The translations under genes and the position numbers were made by a program. A stretch of 64,000 nt of DNA from Pelagomonas calceolata (taxonomy: Eukaryota): positions 5,146,001 through 5,210,000 of the forward strand of contig CAKKNE010000005.1 of assembly GCA_918797485.1 (NCBI GenBank), written 5' to 3'. Position 1 is the stretch's first letter; each line of letters begins with the position of its first letter. A model generated the notes under the pieces. That model saw only the letters and a program-made list of their open reading frames with translations. It was not told where the DNA came from and made no database searches. This document shows, piece after piece, positions 11,354 through 21,683 of this stretch.

Positions 11354-12238
11354 TCACGCGTCCAGCGGCTCGTCGCGCGTCCAGTCCGATACCACCTCGC
11401 GGTACGACTTCACCTCCCCCTGCTCGAGCACGCCGGCTTCCAACAACGCCCGCGTGCAGTCGTCGATGACCCGTGAAGGCATGCGCACGCCCGGGCCCCA
11501 TGTGACGCCCGCGAGCCACTCGGCGACATCGTCGGACTTCAGATGATAATCCGCGGCGATGGCGTCGATATCAGCAGAGGAGATCCGCGAAGCTTTTTCG
11601 TAGACGCTCCCCAAAACCTCCGAGACCTCGTCGCGTCTCGAACGCGCGACTTCCGGCGTACACACCACCGCGAAGCACGGCCACGGCGTAGGGACCTCCG
11701 CGACTCTGCTCCACTCGCCGCTATCCACCAAAGGTTTCGTCGTGAATTTCTCCCACATAAATAAATCCGCTTCTTTGTTCTTCAGAGCTATCCGAGCGCC
11801 CTGCAAGTCGCCGACCACCTCAAATAACGGATCGGGCGCCCCGCGCTGCCGCGCCGCCACGAGGGCCATGAGGTGGCTCCCGCTGCCCATCCTACTGACC
11901 GCATACCTCGAATCCAGAGACGGCTCCGAACCTGCGAGCGCGTGCACGCCCCATGTTAATGGAGTGTCCACAAACGACCCCACGATCGTCACGTCGCCCT
12001 TATGTGCAAACAACGTGGCGGCCTCCGTTAATAAAATAGCAACATCTAATTCATCTTCTCTCAATTTTTGGGCCATCGCACCGCTCCCGCCCGGGTGCTC
12101 ACTCCACGCGAAGCCTCCGTTCGCGGCGGCTTGCCTTATGGGGTAGTTGAAGTGCTCGGGCACGCCGCCCACTCTTAACAGAGAGAGGGGGCGGCGCGGC
12201 GGCGGCGTCCTCCTGAGCTGTACTAGGGCGCGGCGCAT
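11354..12238 (-). CDS. Type 2 periplasmic-binding-fold protein (Ca3427-like)
   Basis: Motifs LRVGGVPEHFNYP, PGGSGAM, SRMGSGSHLM, FMWEKFTTKP and PTPWPCF. Confidence 0.85.
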   Translation of the reverse strand: MRRALVQLRRTPPPRRPLSLLRVGGVPEHFNYPIRQAAANGGFAWSEHPGGSGAMAQKLREDELDVAILLTEAATLFAHKGDVTIVGSFVDTPLTWGVHALAGSEPSLDSRYAVSRMGSGSHLMALVAARQRGAPDPLFEVVGDLQGARIALKNKEADLFMWEKFTTKPLVDSGEWSRVAEVPTPWPCFAVVCTPEVARSRRDEVSEVLGSVYEKASRISSADIDAIAADYHLKSDDVAEWLAGVTWGPGVRMPSRVIDDCTRALLEAGVLEQGEVKSYREVVSDWTRDEPLDA

Positions 12239-12411
12239 CGTTTTGGTTTGAGAGGCAAAGGGGCTCTCGGTGCAAGTGTCGCTTTTAGAGCGTCTGCGCC
12301 TGCTACAGCGATGGCTGCAGCTAGGAGGCGATGTTCTGGGAGCAGTAATATGACCAATCTGCGTTCCAAAACGCAGCTGCGTGCTTTGCTTGCTGCGGCT
12401 TGCAGGCATTC

Positions 12412-12433
12412 CTAGTGTCTTACAGACCGCTAG
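12412..12433 (-). promoter_or_regulatory. CTAG-bounded upstream motif
   Basis: ctagtgtcttacagaccgctag. Confidence 0.65.
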
Positions 12434-12646
12434 CTCGGCTTTGTCGCGTTTGTAAGCGGGGTCACCGAGCGGCCTAAAAATCGATTGGAGGACAGGTTCG
12501 GGTTCGGCATCAACCGCAAGCGCAAAAAAGTCGACGCCGAGACCCTGTAACATTGATAAAAAGCTTTCCAGAGTTTCCCAACTTTGAGGCTGTGAAACCC
12601 TACGGCGCGCGTGACGCCGGCGACGCGACGCGGGAATCATTAAATT

Positions 12647-13468
12647 ATGATCTCGACGCTCGAGCTCACGAAGGCGGCGTCGCAGAAGGAGGGCTCCCAC
12701 TACGGCGCGACAAAGGGCTCCGACGCGACCGAGGGCCCGCCACCCGACGCGACGCATTCCGAGCGCTTCCGCGACAATTTGTTTGCCTTTTTAGATGGCC
12801 CTTGCATGTTTAAGGTGAACATCGCGAACATCATCATTATTATCGTGAACGGCGCGTTCTTCTTCTGCCTGCTCGTCGGGATGCAGACGATGTGCACGCC
12901 CCTCCTAAACTGCCAGCCGCGGAACTGGTGGCTGAACTGGTCGATCCAGCTGCTCAACGTGAATTTCACGTTCGGCGCGCTCGTGGCGCTGCCGTGGCGC
13001 CTCGCGAATAGTTGGCACCTCTGGGGCCTCGCGTGTCCCGGCCGCGCGAACGACGACGGTCTCGACTTGTACGGCCGCGAGACGGAGGAGATCTGGTTCC
13101 ACATCCCCAAGAACCACCGCCGCGGCATCAACGCGATCTTCCTGGGCAACGCGGTCTCGCAGTTCGTCAACCACGCCATGCGCTGCGTGTACCACACGTA
13201 CGCGACGTCGAACGAGATGCCCGGCCAGGTCCTCGTGAACGTCTTCTTCATCCTGGCCTTCGTCCTCGCGGGGTGGGGCGCGGTCTACCTCGCGCGGCGG
13301 GAGGCGGCCCTCCGGAAGGCGCAGCCCGGGCGCTGGGCCGACCCGTTGGGCGACGCGATCAAGGCGGCGCGGGCCTGGTGCCGGGAGCGCTGTGGCGGCG
13401 ACGCCGACGCGGCCGAGAAGGAGCCCCTCGTCGAAAATCGGTCGTCGAGCCGCGGCGACGACGCATAG
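12647..13468 (+). CDS. DUF2985-like membrane protein
   Basis: Four hydrophobic helices and a WWLNWSIQLLNVNFT...PWR motif. Confidence 0.65.
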   Translation: MISTLELTKAASQKEGSHYGATKGSDATEGPPPDATHSERFRDNLFAFLDGPCMFKVNIANIIIIIVNGAFFFCLLVGMQTMCTPLLNCQPRNWWLNWSIQLLNVNFTFGALVALPWRLANSWHLWGLACPGRANDDGLDLYGRETEEIWFHIPKNHRRGINAIFLGNAVSQFVNHAMRCVYHTYATSNEMPGQVLVNVFFILAFVLAGWGAVYLARREAALRKAQPGRWADPLGDAIKAARAWCRERCGGDADAAEKEPLVENRSSSRGDDA

Positions 13469-13576
13469 GGATAAGTATCACGAGAGAGTAGAGAGAGCGA
13501 GTAGCTTATTGTGCCCACCCCCAGGTAGTACGGACCCCGGAACGCTTCGCCACTGTGTCTACGGGATCACCAATAG

Positions 13577-13597
13577 CTAGTCCAAGTAACACACTAG
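13577..13597 (+). promoter_or_regulatory. CTAG-bounded upstream motif (degenerate)
   Basis: ctagtccaagtaacacactag. Confidence 0.45.
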
Positions 13598-13664
13598 CAA
13601 GCACAGAGAGCCGCTTTTCAGGCGCTGTGCGCTCTCGCGGCGGTCGCAGGGCTGCCCCAGCACG

Positions 13665-14480
13665 ATGGGAGGCGCCTGGAGAGGACGACGAAGAAAAGCA
13701 GCGCTCCTCCTCGTCGCGGGACGGGCCTGGGCCGCGAGCAGGGAACGCTGCGACTACACGACCCCCGCCGGCGTCGACTGCACGACGTGTCCGAGAGGGA
13801 GATTTAGGCCCATCGAGTACGGCGCCGAGTTGGGAACGGCTCGACGGGAATGCAAGGAGTGCCCGCGCGGCCGTTATGAATTGGAGGCCGGCGCGGTCGG
13901 CGAGTGCTCGGGCAAGTGCCCACTGGGCAAGTACTCCGACACGCTCGGCGCGAGGACCGAGGACGACTGCAAATATTGCCCGCCCGGAACTTATGGAAGC
14001 ACGGAGGCGTTAGGTAATAGAGCCTGCACGGCCGAATGCCCCGCGGGAAGGTACAGCCTCGAGCCCGGTCTGTACGCGGCGACGCAGTGCAAGCCCTGCC
14101 CGCCGGGGTTGAGGACGGGCCAGTGCGAGGACCCGCACATCACGCGGAAAGGCTTCTTCGACTCCACCAGTGGTGAAATTAATGAGAATGCACACGCGTA
14201 TATCATCGACAACGAGGCCGTCGCGCGGCCGGGCGACCGGTCGCCCTTCGACTTCGGGCCGAAGGACACGCCTTCCGGAACATTCTGGGTCGGCGCCGGC
14301 GGGTTTGTGGGAGGCAAGCAGGCCGAGGGCCGGCCGAACCCGGATCGAGAACAACGCTTCGACCCGATCCACAAGACGTGGAACCCGGCCCTGGAGAACA
14401 CGGCGGGCCGCACGAATCGCGTGTTCGACAACGAGGCCGGGGCCGACTCGGACACGCGCGGGAACTACGAGGGCTGGTAA
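13665..14480 (+). CDS. Cys-rich repeat protein (ephrin-receptor-like/GCC2-GCC3 repeats), probably secreted
   Basis: Repeated CxxCPxG[RKT][YF] units. Confidence 0.75.
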   Translation: MGGAWRGRRRKAALLLVAGRAWAASRERCDYTTPAGVDCTTCPRGRFRPIEYGAELGTARRECKECPRGRYELEAGAVGECSGKCPLGKYSDTLGARTEDDCKYCPPGTYGSTEALGNRACTAECPAGRYSLEPGLYAATQCKPCPPGLRTGQCEDPHITRKGFFDSTSGEINENAHAYIIDNEAVARPGDRSPFDFGPKDTPSGTFWVGAGGFVGGKQAEGRPNPDREQRFDPIHKTWNPALENTAGRTNRVFDNEAGADSDTRGNYEGW

Positions 14481-14483
14481 CAT

Positions 14484-15773
14484 TCACATTCTATACTTCC
14501 AGAGCTCGTCCGCGTCTTCGACGGTCTCGAAGACAATATCAAGGGGACTGGCGAACGCGGCGACGGCCTTCGCATCCCTATGAGCGGCGATCGTGCAGCA
14601 CAATCCAAAACCGCCGGCGCGCGCCGTGCGGCCGGCCACGTGCAAATAGTCGTCGCACGTCGCCGGGCGGCCCAAACTCAAGACGACGTCGACGCCATTC
14701 AAGTCGAGGCCTCGTATTTCGTTCGGCGCCAGCACGTCCACCTCATCGTAGCCGCTCTTCTTCAAAAAACGCGACACGCGGTCGGGGTCGCCGTCGTTGA
14801 CTACCACTAAAGGACGCGCCGCATTTAGCGAATCGAGCGCCGTCCTCAAGGCATCGAGGTCCGGCTCGCCCGGCCCGCGGTCCCAGAAACTTGATATGAC
14901 GTGTTTTAGGGATGACGGCGCCGTTACCGCTCTTCCATTTGATGGCGGCTCCGTGCCGCGTATCACATTTATGGGAGACCGCGGCTTTGAGGGCGCCGCG
15001 TCCCTCAGGATGTCGTCGATGTGGCGCCTCAAAGGTCGGCCCACCGTCGCCGACGCTCCAATAACTTGCGCGTCCGGCCGTCTCTGTATAAAACGTCTCA
15101 ATATCTTCGCCGCGGGCCTTTCCCGCCGATGCTTCTTCTGCTCCGCCGCCGCGTAGCGCCCCGGCGCGCGCAACAATGCGTCGACCTCATCCAACACAAT
15201 CACATCAATCGACTCTAGATCGTCCTCTGCTTTTAGTACTTCCTTCGGCGTATGCACTGCAAAGCTCTCTGTGAATTGATCGACGACTTCCGCGATCTGG
15301 TCCGCTAGACTTGTACTCGGCGTGAGGACGAGCACGCGCTTTTTCAGTAGTGGTAGCGCGTACGCGAGCGTTTTTCCGGACCCCGTCTCCGCGTGGAGCA
15401 CGCCGTCTTTACCTGATTTTAATGCTTGGAACGCCGCCGCCTGGATCGGCGTCGGGTTTTTGTGTGGTAGGCGCTGCTGCGTTTCGCTGTCGAGGCCCAG
15501 CGAGGCCCAGGAGCCTGCCTGCGGTGCTTCTGCGTCCGCGCCGTCGGCCTCGAGTAATCGTTCGATCAATGCTGCCTTGGTGCCGCTGACTCGCAGCCCT
15601 CGCGCGCGGCATTTGTCCTTGAGTTCCGGTACGCGCAGCGCCGCGAGCGCTTCGGCGCTCGTGTCGACGGCATCGCTCGCTGCTCGAAGCTGCAGCGGGG
15701 TTGTATGCCTTACGAGGTGCCAGGCGTTGCAGCGCGTGAGCAACAGTGCGGCAACACGGAGCACTGCAACCAT
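14484..15773 (-). CDS. SAP-domain DEAD-box RNA helicase, likely plastid-targeted
   Basis: Signal peptide; SAP domain LRVPELKDKCRARGLRVSGTKAALIERL; PTPIQ, AETGSGKT, DEVD, SAT and HVAGRTAR. Confidence 0.9.
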   Translation of the reverse strand: MVAVLRVAALLLTRCNAWHLVRHTTPLQLRAASDAVDTSAEALAALRVPELKDKCRARGLRVSGTKAALIERLLEADGADAEAPQAGSWASLGLDSETQQRLPHKNPTPIQAAAFQALKSGKDGVLHAETGSGKTLAYALPLLKKRVLVLTPSTSLADQIAEVVDQFTESFAVHTPKEVLKAEDDLESIDVIVLDEVDALLRAPGRYAAAEQKKHRRERPAAKILRRFIQRRPDAQVIGASATVGRPLRRHIDDILRDAAPSKPRSPINVIRGTEPPSNGRAVTAPSSLKHVISSFWDRGPGEPDLDALRTALDSLNAARPLVVVNDGDPDRVSRFLKKSGYDEVDVLAPNEIRGLDLNGVDVVLSLGRPATCDDYLHVAGRTARAGGFGLCCTIAAHRDAKAVAAFASPLDIVFETVEDADELWKYRM

Positions 15774-15847
15774 GGTCGTCGTGTAACGAAGAAATACAAT
15801 GTCTGCAGCGAGTCTGACCTTCAATTCAGCTAGACAAAAGCTGTTTT

Positions 15848-15869
15848 CTAGTGTGTTACAAGCCGCTAG
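15848..15869 (-). promoter_or_regulatory. CTAG-bounded upstream motif
   Basis: ctagtgtgttacaagccgctag. Confidence 0.6.
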
Positions 15870-16148
15870 CCCTTCGAGTTGCCTAAAACGCACAACGAGC
15901 GTAAATCGAGCGGCAAACAGCCTCCCGTTTCGTTAACATTAATTCGAGCATCTCTGCGGCCGTGCGCCAGCGCTTCGAGCCGCAAAACGCTTGCAAAGCG
16001 GCTGGGCTCGAAGCAACCATTTGCAGGGCTGCACGCTGCTCCAGCGCTGCGAGCCAGCACACGCTTGCAAGTGCTGGGCTCAAAAGCACCCATTTGCAGA
16101 GCTGGACGACGCCACTTTACGCCATCGACGCGACAGCAACATACTACA

Positions 16149-16649
16149 ATGCCGCGCCGCGTCTTCGTGACCGTCGGCACGACGTCCTTCGACGCACTGA
16201 TCGCAGCAACAACAACACCAGAATTCGCAAACGCGTTAGAAAAGCTGGCCTTCGACGAGCTGCGGCTCCAGGTCGGCCGCGGCGCCGCGCCGACCGACAC
16301 CGACCGCGTCTCCTGGTTCCGCTTCGCGCCGACGATAACGGAAGAGATGCGCGCGGCGGACGTCGTTATAAGTCATGCGGGCGCCGGCTCCATCCTCGAG
16401 GCGCTGGAGCTCGGCAAGCGACTCGTCGTGTGCGTGAACGAGAAGCTCATGGACAACCACCAGGCCGAATTAGCAACAGCGCTCGAAGCGCGGGGCCACG
16501 TCGTCGTCTCAACCGTCGACGACGTGGCCGATGCGTTACAAAGGGTCGTGGCGACGCGGCCGGCGCCATATGAGCGGGGCGACGCGGCACCGTTCCGAGC
16601 TCTTGTGGAAGACGAGATGCGCACTAGGAGACAATGTTTAATATGTTAA
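16149..16649 (+). CDS. ALG13: UDP-N-acetylglucosamine transferase catalytic subunit
   Basis: Motifs VFVTVGTTSFDALI, ADVVISHAGAGSILEAL and NEKLMDNHQ. Confidence 0.95.
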   Translation: MPRRVFVTVGTTSFDALIAATTTPEFANALEKLAFDELRLQVGRGAAPTDTDRVSWFRFAPTITEEMRAADVVISHAGAGSILEALELGKRLVVCVNEKLMDNHQAELATALEARGHVVVSTVDDVADALQRVVATRPAPYERGDAAPFRALVEDEMRTRRQCLIC

Positions 16650-16655
16650 TGGTCA

Positions 16656-17555
16656 TCATCGCATCTCCCCCGAAAGCACCGTCGCCTTCAGCACGAGATA
16701 CACAAAGAAGCACGACGTAATCGCCACCAATGGTATCTTCTGGAGGCAGTCCGACACCCTCTGAAACAAATTGAGGAAGAGGCACAGTAAGACCACAAGC
16801 GCCGTGGCCGCCAGCGCCCCTGTCACGAGCGCCAAAGGACCGATCGCGCCGCCCGCCAGCATCGGCACGAAGAGCGTCAGATCGTCGAGCGACCCGCAGA
16901 AGGCCACGACGATGAGCGTGCGCATGGAGGACGTGTCCATCTCTTCCTCGTCGTCGTCGTCTTCGTTGTCGTCTCCTGAGTCGTTCGCCTCTAGATCGAC
17001 GTCCTCCAGTGTTTCGTGCAGCGGCGACGCCGTCGGTTTTTCATCGGAACCCTCGGCGCGCGCGGCGCGCGGCGGCGAGTCGTCGGAGCCCTCGGAGCGC
17101 ACCTCGAGCATTTCGACTCCGTTGACATCATCCTCGTCATCGATGGATTTTTTGGAGGGAAACGGCTTCTTCTCCGACGTCGGCGTCTGCTCGTAGCCCC
17201 CCTTTGGTGCGTAGCAGCACATTTCTCTCTCTTCAAACTCCTCCAACAGTAATTTGATGGAATAGAGGCCTAACCCACCGGCAGCAATGCACGTCAGCAA
17301 TCGCTCCGACGAGAAGTGGTGCAGGTGCACCCAGGCGTCCAACGCTTCTTCGCCACTTCGAGCGATCAAGAAGGCCAGCATGGTCTGCAGGAGACATATC
17401 ACGCAATAGACGAAAATGTTCCGGCCCCGCTCTACTCGTGATCTCTCACGTGTTAAAAATTTGGCGAACCAGAGGACGTCGTCTATCGATGATGCAGTTT
17501 TGAGCACAAAGGCCTCGGCGGCCTGGGCCGCGAAGAGGGCGGCCTCGTCCCTCAT
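16656..17555 (-). CDS. CadD-like (LysE superfamily) membrane protein
   Basis: Two repeated halves (SSIDDVLWF and GSLDDLTLFVPML) separated by an acidic loop. Similar to 45138-45866. Confidence 0.65.
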   Translation of the reverse strand: MRDEAALFAAQAAEAFVLKTASSIDDVLWFAKFLTRERSRVERGRNIFVYCVICLLQTMLAFLIARSGEEALDAWVHLHHFSSERLLTCIAAGGLGLYSIKLLLEEFEEREMCCYAPKGGYEQTPTSEKKPFPSKKSIDDEDDVNGVEMLEVRSEGSDDSPPRAARAEGSDEKPTASPLHETLEDVDLEANDSGDDNEDDDDEEEMDTSSMRTLIVVAFCGSLDDLTLFVPMLAGGAIGPLALVTGALAATALVVLLCLFLNLFQRVSDCLQKIPLVAITSCFFVYLVLKATVLSGEMR

Positions 17556-18044
17556 TCTTGTTTACGGTTGTTGTAGCTTGGGAAACTCGGTGCCGCAGGC
17601 GTGCGCCGGTCCTCAGTGGTGTCCCGGTGCCTCGTGTGCCGTGTGTCCGGCCCGCGGCTGGCTGCTACCGCAAAAAAAATATAGTTAGCTAGATTTTTTG
17701 GTTCTGCTTGTGAGGCCCAATTTGACGCTCGCCGGTCGTCCTACGTCGAGCTGGGGTCGCTGGCACACTGATGTGAGACCACAGCAGCTGGAGAATTGCT
17801 TGGCGTCGCGTACGCTGGCGGCGGCGCAACGATCGACGCGACTTTGGCCCGCTGGCCTCGGGTTTTTTTTATCGATCCATGCGAGGAGGCGGCTCGCACA
17901 AGTACCCAGCAGTCCCCCCGCGCACCGAACTGGCCACGTCAGCCGGCGGGACCCGCACGAAATGGCGAAATGGCCATGCCATCGCAAAGCTTAGCCAGCC
18001 ATCGCAGCCCAAAAGCCTGGTGGGCTTGCCCGAGGGCCCGCACC

Positions 18045-19385
18045 ATGCTCCCGTGGCTCGTCCTCCCACTGCTCGTGCGAGGCCACGGCGACGACGGCGC
18101 CCACACGCACCTAGTAAACTCGATCAATGACTGCCCCGACGCGACGTGGTCCTATCGAGACCACACGTGCTACAAGCTGACGGACAAATCGTATACATTT
18201 GATGAGTGCAACCGCGTCTACTGCCCGTTACTCGCTTCTGGCAACTCCACACTCGCCTGCGTCTCCAGTTCTACCATCAACGCTTACCTCGCCGGCGATT
18301 TAGATGGGAAGAAGCACCCGACCTGGGTCGGCCTGCACCAGCGGAGGGCCGACGACGCCGAAAACGGCTGGATCCGCCAAGCGGCTTCCGAGTGCACCTC
18401 CACTTATACAGCGTGGCGGGACAACGAACCGAACGACTGGTCCGGCTGCACGGAAGACTGCGCCGCCATGGGCTGGGAGACGAACAAGCCTTCCGATATG
18501 AAGAAGTGGGTCGACGTCGGTTGCAATGCGGCGGCCCGGTGCGCGTGCGAGTACCCCTCGTCGCTATCAGCATCCTACGTGGCGCCGCGCGAGGTGACCT
18601 ACGACAGGTGTTCGTGGGTCCGAGTCTACCGCGCGCTCGCGTGGAGTTCCTTGGGACTGCTGGTCGCGGCGGTCGTCTTGATCGTAGTTGTCCTGCGGGC
18701 CAGGCCCGAGGAAGTCGAGGACTCGAGCGACGAGCTCCAGAACCCCATGATCGGTATTGTGGAGGTGCCCTTCGCGACGCCGTATCGGGTCGAGAGCGGC
18801 CTACCTAATGTAGAGGCGGCGAAGCTCGCTAGAATAGTCTTGCGATTGATTTTTGGCTTTACGTTCCTAAATGTCGTGTGGTGGGCGCTGACCTGGATTG
18901 TTATACTATCTTACGGTATCGAGCGGAGCGCGACGACCTGGGCCTTCTCGATTATTGGATTGATCGTGACGTTACTCGCGGCGAAGTTGGGGATCGCGAG
19001 CGTCAAGGCGCCGACCAACGAAGTCTACAAGGGCTGCGGCAACGCGCGGGCCTTCAACTGCATCAATTGGGTCCTCGTGGCCATCTACGGCGTGGGCTTC
19101 GTCATCTCGTTGCTCTCGTTGCCGTTTAACCCCGCCTACCACGAGGTCGTCTCGAACTTCGTCTTCTGCCTGGGTTATGGGTTGATCGCGCGGTTCTCGG
19201 TGAAACTGCTCGCCGAGGTCCACGCGCCGCCGCCCCCTCTCCCCGTCGCCGCGGCGCGCGAGGTCGACGCGCCGGTGGTCGAAGAGTGCGAGATGACGGA
19301 CGTGGCTTTGAATGATGAGCCTTCTGCGCGCGTCGTCGTCGCGACCCAGCCGTCGTCGCCGGTCGTCGCGGCGCAGCCCGTGTGA
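18045..19385 (+). CDS. C-type lectin domain multi-pass membrane protein
   Basis: Signal peptide; CTLD motifs CPDATW..CY, WVGL, W..NEPN, DC, WVDVGC and CACE; then about 5 TM helices. Confidence 0.85.
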   Translation: MLPWLVLPLLVRGHGDDGAHTHLVNSINDCPDATWSYRDHTCYKLTDKSYTFDECNRVYCPLLASGNSTLACVSSSTINAYLAGDLDGKKHPTWVGLHQRRADDAENGWIRQAASECTSTYTAWRDNEPNDWSGCTEDCAAMGWETNKPSDMKKWVDVGCNAAARCACEYPSSLSASYVAPREVTYDRCSWVRVYRALAWSSLGLLVAAVVLIVVVLRARPEEVEDSSDELQNPMIGIVEVPFATPYRVESGLPNVEAAKLARIVLRLIFGFTFLNVVWWALTWIVILSYGIERSATTWAFSIIGLIVTLLAAKLGIASVKAPTNEVYKGCGNARAFNCINWVLVAIYGVGFVISLLSLPFNPAYHEVVSNFVFCLGYGLIARFSVKLLAEVHAPPPPLPVAAAREVDAPVVEECEMTDVALNDEPSARVVVATQPSSPVVAAQPV

Positions 19386-19410
19386 TCTGTTTGTGTAATT
19401 TTAAACAACA

Positions 19411-20043
19411 TTAACCGTCGCTCGACGACCCCGAGGACGACCCCGAGTCGTCTCCATACCTCCGCCGCCTCCGACGCTTCTCGGCGGAGTCCTCGGACGG
19501 CGAGCGGCGCTTCCGGTCGCGGTCGCGGCGTCTCCCTCTTGAACGAGACCGCGACCGTCGCCGTCGTCCTCGCGACCGCGACCGCGACCGCCGCCGCCGG
19601 CCCCGCGACCGCGACCGCGACCGCTTCTTTGGTGCAGGAGCCGGCACGCCGGCCCCGAACGCCGGCGGCGCGGCGCCGAAGGGCGGCGGCACGCTGCCAA
19701 AGGGCAGCGGCATCAATGGTGTGGGTGGCACCATGGCCCCCAGCGTGATCGGTTGTAGAGGGATAGGCAAAGGAGGCGGCACCATGCCGAAGGGCGGCGC
19801 GCCGATGGGCGCTAACACACCGCCCATGACCGGCATCGGCGGTGGTGCCGCTGGTGCCGGCGCTTGCACCGTACTCCCTTTCTTGCCCTTCTTCTTCTGC
19901 AGCGCTTCTAACGACTGGCGCTGGGCCTGTAGCAACTTCTGCATCTTGGCCATCTGCTCCTTCATGGCGGCGGTCTGGGCTTTCGTTTTCTTTTTCGTCG
20001 TCGAGGGCGGCGGCTTCTGTTGAGGCTTGTCGGCGTCGGCCAT
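19411..20043 (-). CDS. Pro-rich, RS-domain protein (splicing-factor-like)
   Basis: Short coiled coil, P/G/M-rich middle and RSRSRSRGRRRR repeats. Confidence 0.7.
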   Translation of the reverse strand: MADADKPQQKPPPSTTKKKTKAQTAAMKEQMAKMQKLLQAQRQSLEALQKKKGKKGSTVQAPAPAAPPPMPVMGGVLAPIGAPPFGMVPPPLPIPLQPITLGAMVPPTPLMPLPFGSVPPPFGAAPPAFGAGVPAPAPKKRSRSRSRGRRRRSRSRSRGRRRRSRSRSRGRRRDRDRKRRSPSEDSAEKRRRRRRYGDDSGSSSGSSSDG

Positions 20044-20498
20044 TTTTGGCGGTTTTGTGCGTTATTCGCTGTGGTTGGGTATTTACAACGCGCGGGCGCA
20101 CGGCTGGGTGCACGGCGGCGGCGTTTGCTGGGGTGCTCTTGGCAGGTCCTTTTTACTTTGGCGCTTGTCTTGCAGCGCTTGCAAAAGAAATGCGCGCAAG
20201 ATGCTTTGGCTATCAGTAAAATTGATTTTGCGCTCGCCGCGAGCACCGCTGCTGTCGAGGCGGGCGCGTCTAATAGCTCGCGATTTGGCATGCGCTGTGA
20301 GAGCTAGGCTTGCTTTGGACGAGCTGCCGAATCGCTTCCGATGCTTCCCAGCGTGCGAAGACCTTCTCTCTGCTTGATACAGCGTGCAGAAGCGACGTTG
20401 CTCTCGTGCGGGGTTGCTTGCAAAGCGCCGAGCATCGGCTTTTACAGGCCATTACGCACGCTAACAAACAAAGGGCAGCCCACAAACACAGCAGACCT

Positions 20499-20735
20499 AT
20501 GGGCTCGCCCCCGAAATTCAACATTAAGAAAGTAAAAAAGCGCAAAGAAGAAGGCAGCCCGCGCCAGAAGGAGCGCGACGAGCTTTTGAGATCGAAGGAG
20601 GCGCGCATGGCGGCCATCCGCCGCGCGAACAACATCCGCCGCTCCGTCCGGAACCAGATCGTGGCGCAGCTCGTCGCGACACCCGCCGCGTCGCCGGCGA
20701 AGTCATTCGCATCGTCGCCGTCCAAGTCGCCCTGA
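20499..20735 (+). CDS. Small basic protein (78 aa); stop overlaps the next start codon
   Basis: MGSPPKFNIKKVKKRKEEG...SKSP*, with coding-like GC3. Confidence 0.55.
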   Translation: MGSPPKFNIKKVKKRKEEGSPRQKERDELLRSKEARMAAIRRANNIRRSVRNQIVAQLVATPAASPAKSFASSPSKSP

Positions 20736-21676
20736 TGAGGACGGCACTGCTCGCTTTGGCCGCGGCGCGCGCGGAGGAGCCAATCACGCTCGCCTACCGT
20801 AGTACAGACACCCTCTCGCGCACGACCGGCACCCGTATCAGTAGAACCGGCCGCTACGCCTGGCTCGATCAGGAGAAATGGGTCGCGTACGCGAAGGAAC
20901 TCTACGGCCCGAACAACGCCACCATCCGAGACATGGATGTGATAGATAGGGCCCTGCTCCCGCCCGATTTACAGGAGGCGCCGCGCGGCTGTCCTAGGTC
21001 CGACGACGAGCCCTTCAAGCGGTTCAACTGGCACGCGCCCTTTTCTCGCTTCAGATATTTCAGAAGGAGAACAGCGCGGGACCCACCGCCCCCGGCCTTC
21101 CGCAACTTCTCGAGAATCGAAGTCACGCACTGCGGCGGCTCGAAGTTCGAAACGAATGGCGCGTTCTTCTACGCGTTCCGGGGCTCGGGTTTGTACATCG
21201 ATATCGGGCGGTCGCTGGCCTTTGAGACGCACGACGACGCCTCGCGCTATTTGTTGGGAAGGCCCTGCGCGCCGGGGAAGCCTCCGGACATGAAGCTGGG
21301 CATCTTCCAGTGCGACGCGGAGCTGCCGCGCATCATCGGCGCCGCGAAAACTCAGGGGTGGGACTCGCTCCAGTTCACGCGCCACTGCGACGCCTTCTGC
21401 ACGGGGCCCTCGCCCGAAGCTTTGCAACGGGCCCGGGCCCAAGGAAGGGACCCCTGGACGTTTACGAGCATGAGCGACGCGCTCTCGGGGGCCGACCCGC
21501 GGTCGCAGCTCTGCGGCTTTGAAGTGGTTTTCACGAGATTCGCGGGCACGGACGCGTGCCCCGCCGGCCTCGAGTTCTTCCGGGGCTGGGGCGGCCATGA
21601 ACGCTGCGCCTGCGACGCGACTCGCTTGCGGTCGCAGCGGGGGCGGTGCGCCGCGTGCGCGCCCTTTACGACATAA
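20735..21676 (+). CDS. Secreted Cys-containing hypothetical protein
   Basis: Signal peptide MRTALLALAAARA begins at the overlapping ATG; 313-aa ORF. Confidence 0.75.
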   Translation: MRTALLALAAARAEEPITLAYRSTDTLSRTTGTRISRTGRYAWLDQEKWVAYAKELYGPNNATIRDMDVIDRALLPPDLQEAPRGCPRSDDEPFKRFNWHAPFSRFRYFRRRTARDPPPPAFRNFSRIEVTHCGGSKFETNGAFFYAFRGSGLYIDIGRSLAFETHDDASRYLLGRPCAPGKPPDMKLGIFQCDAELPRIIGAAKTQGWDSLQFTRHCDAFCTGPSPEALQRARAQGRDPWTFTSMSDALSGADPRSQLCGFEVVFTRFAGTDACPAGLEFFRGWGGHERCACDATRLRSQRGRCAACAPFTT

Positions 21677-21683
21677 TGTGAAA

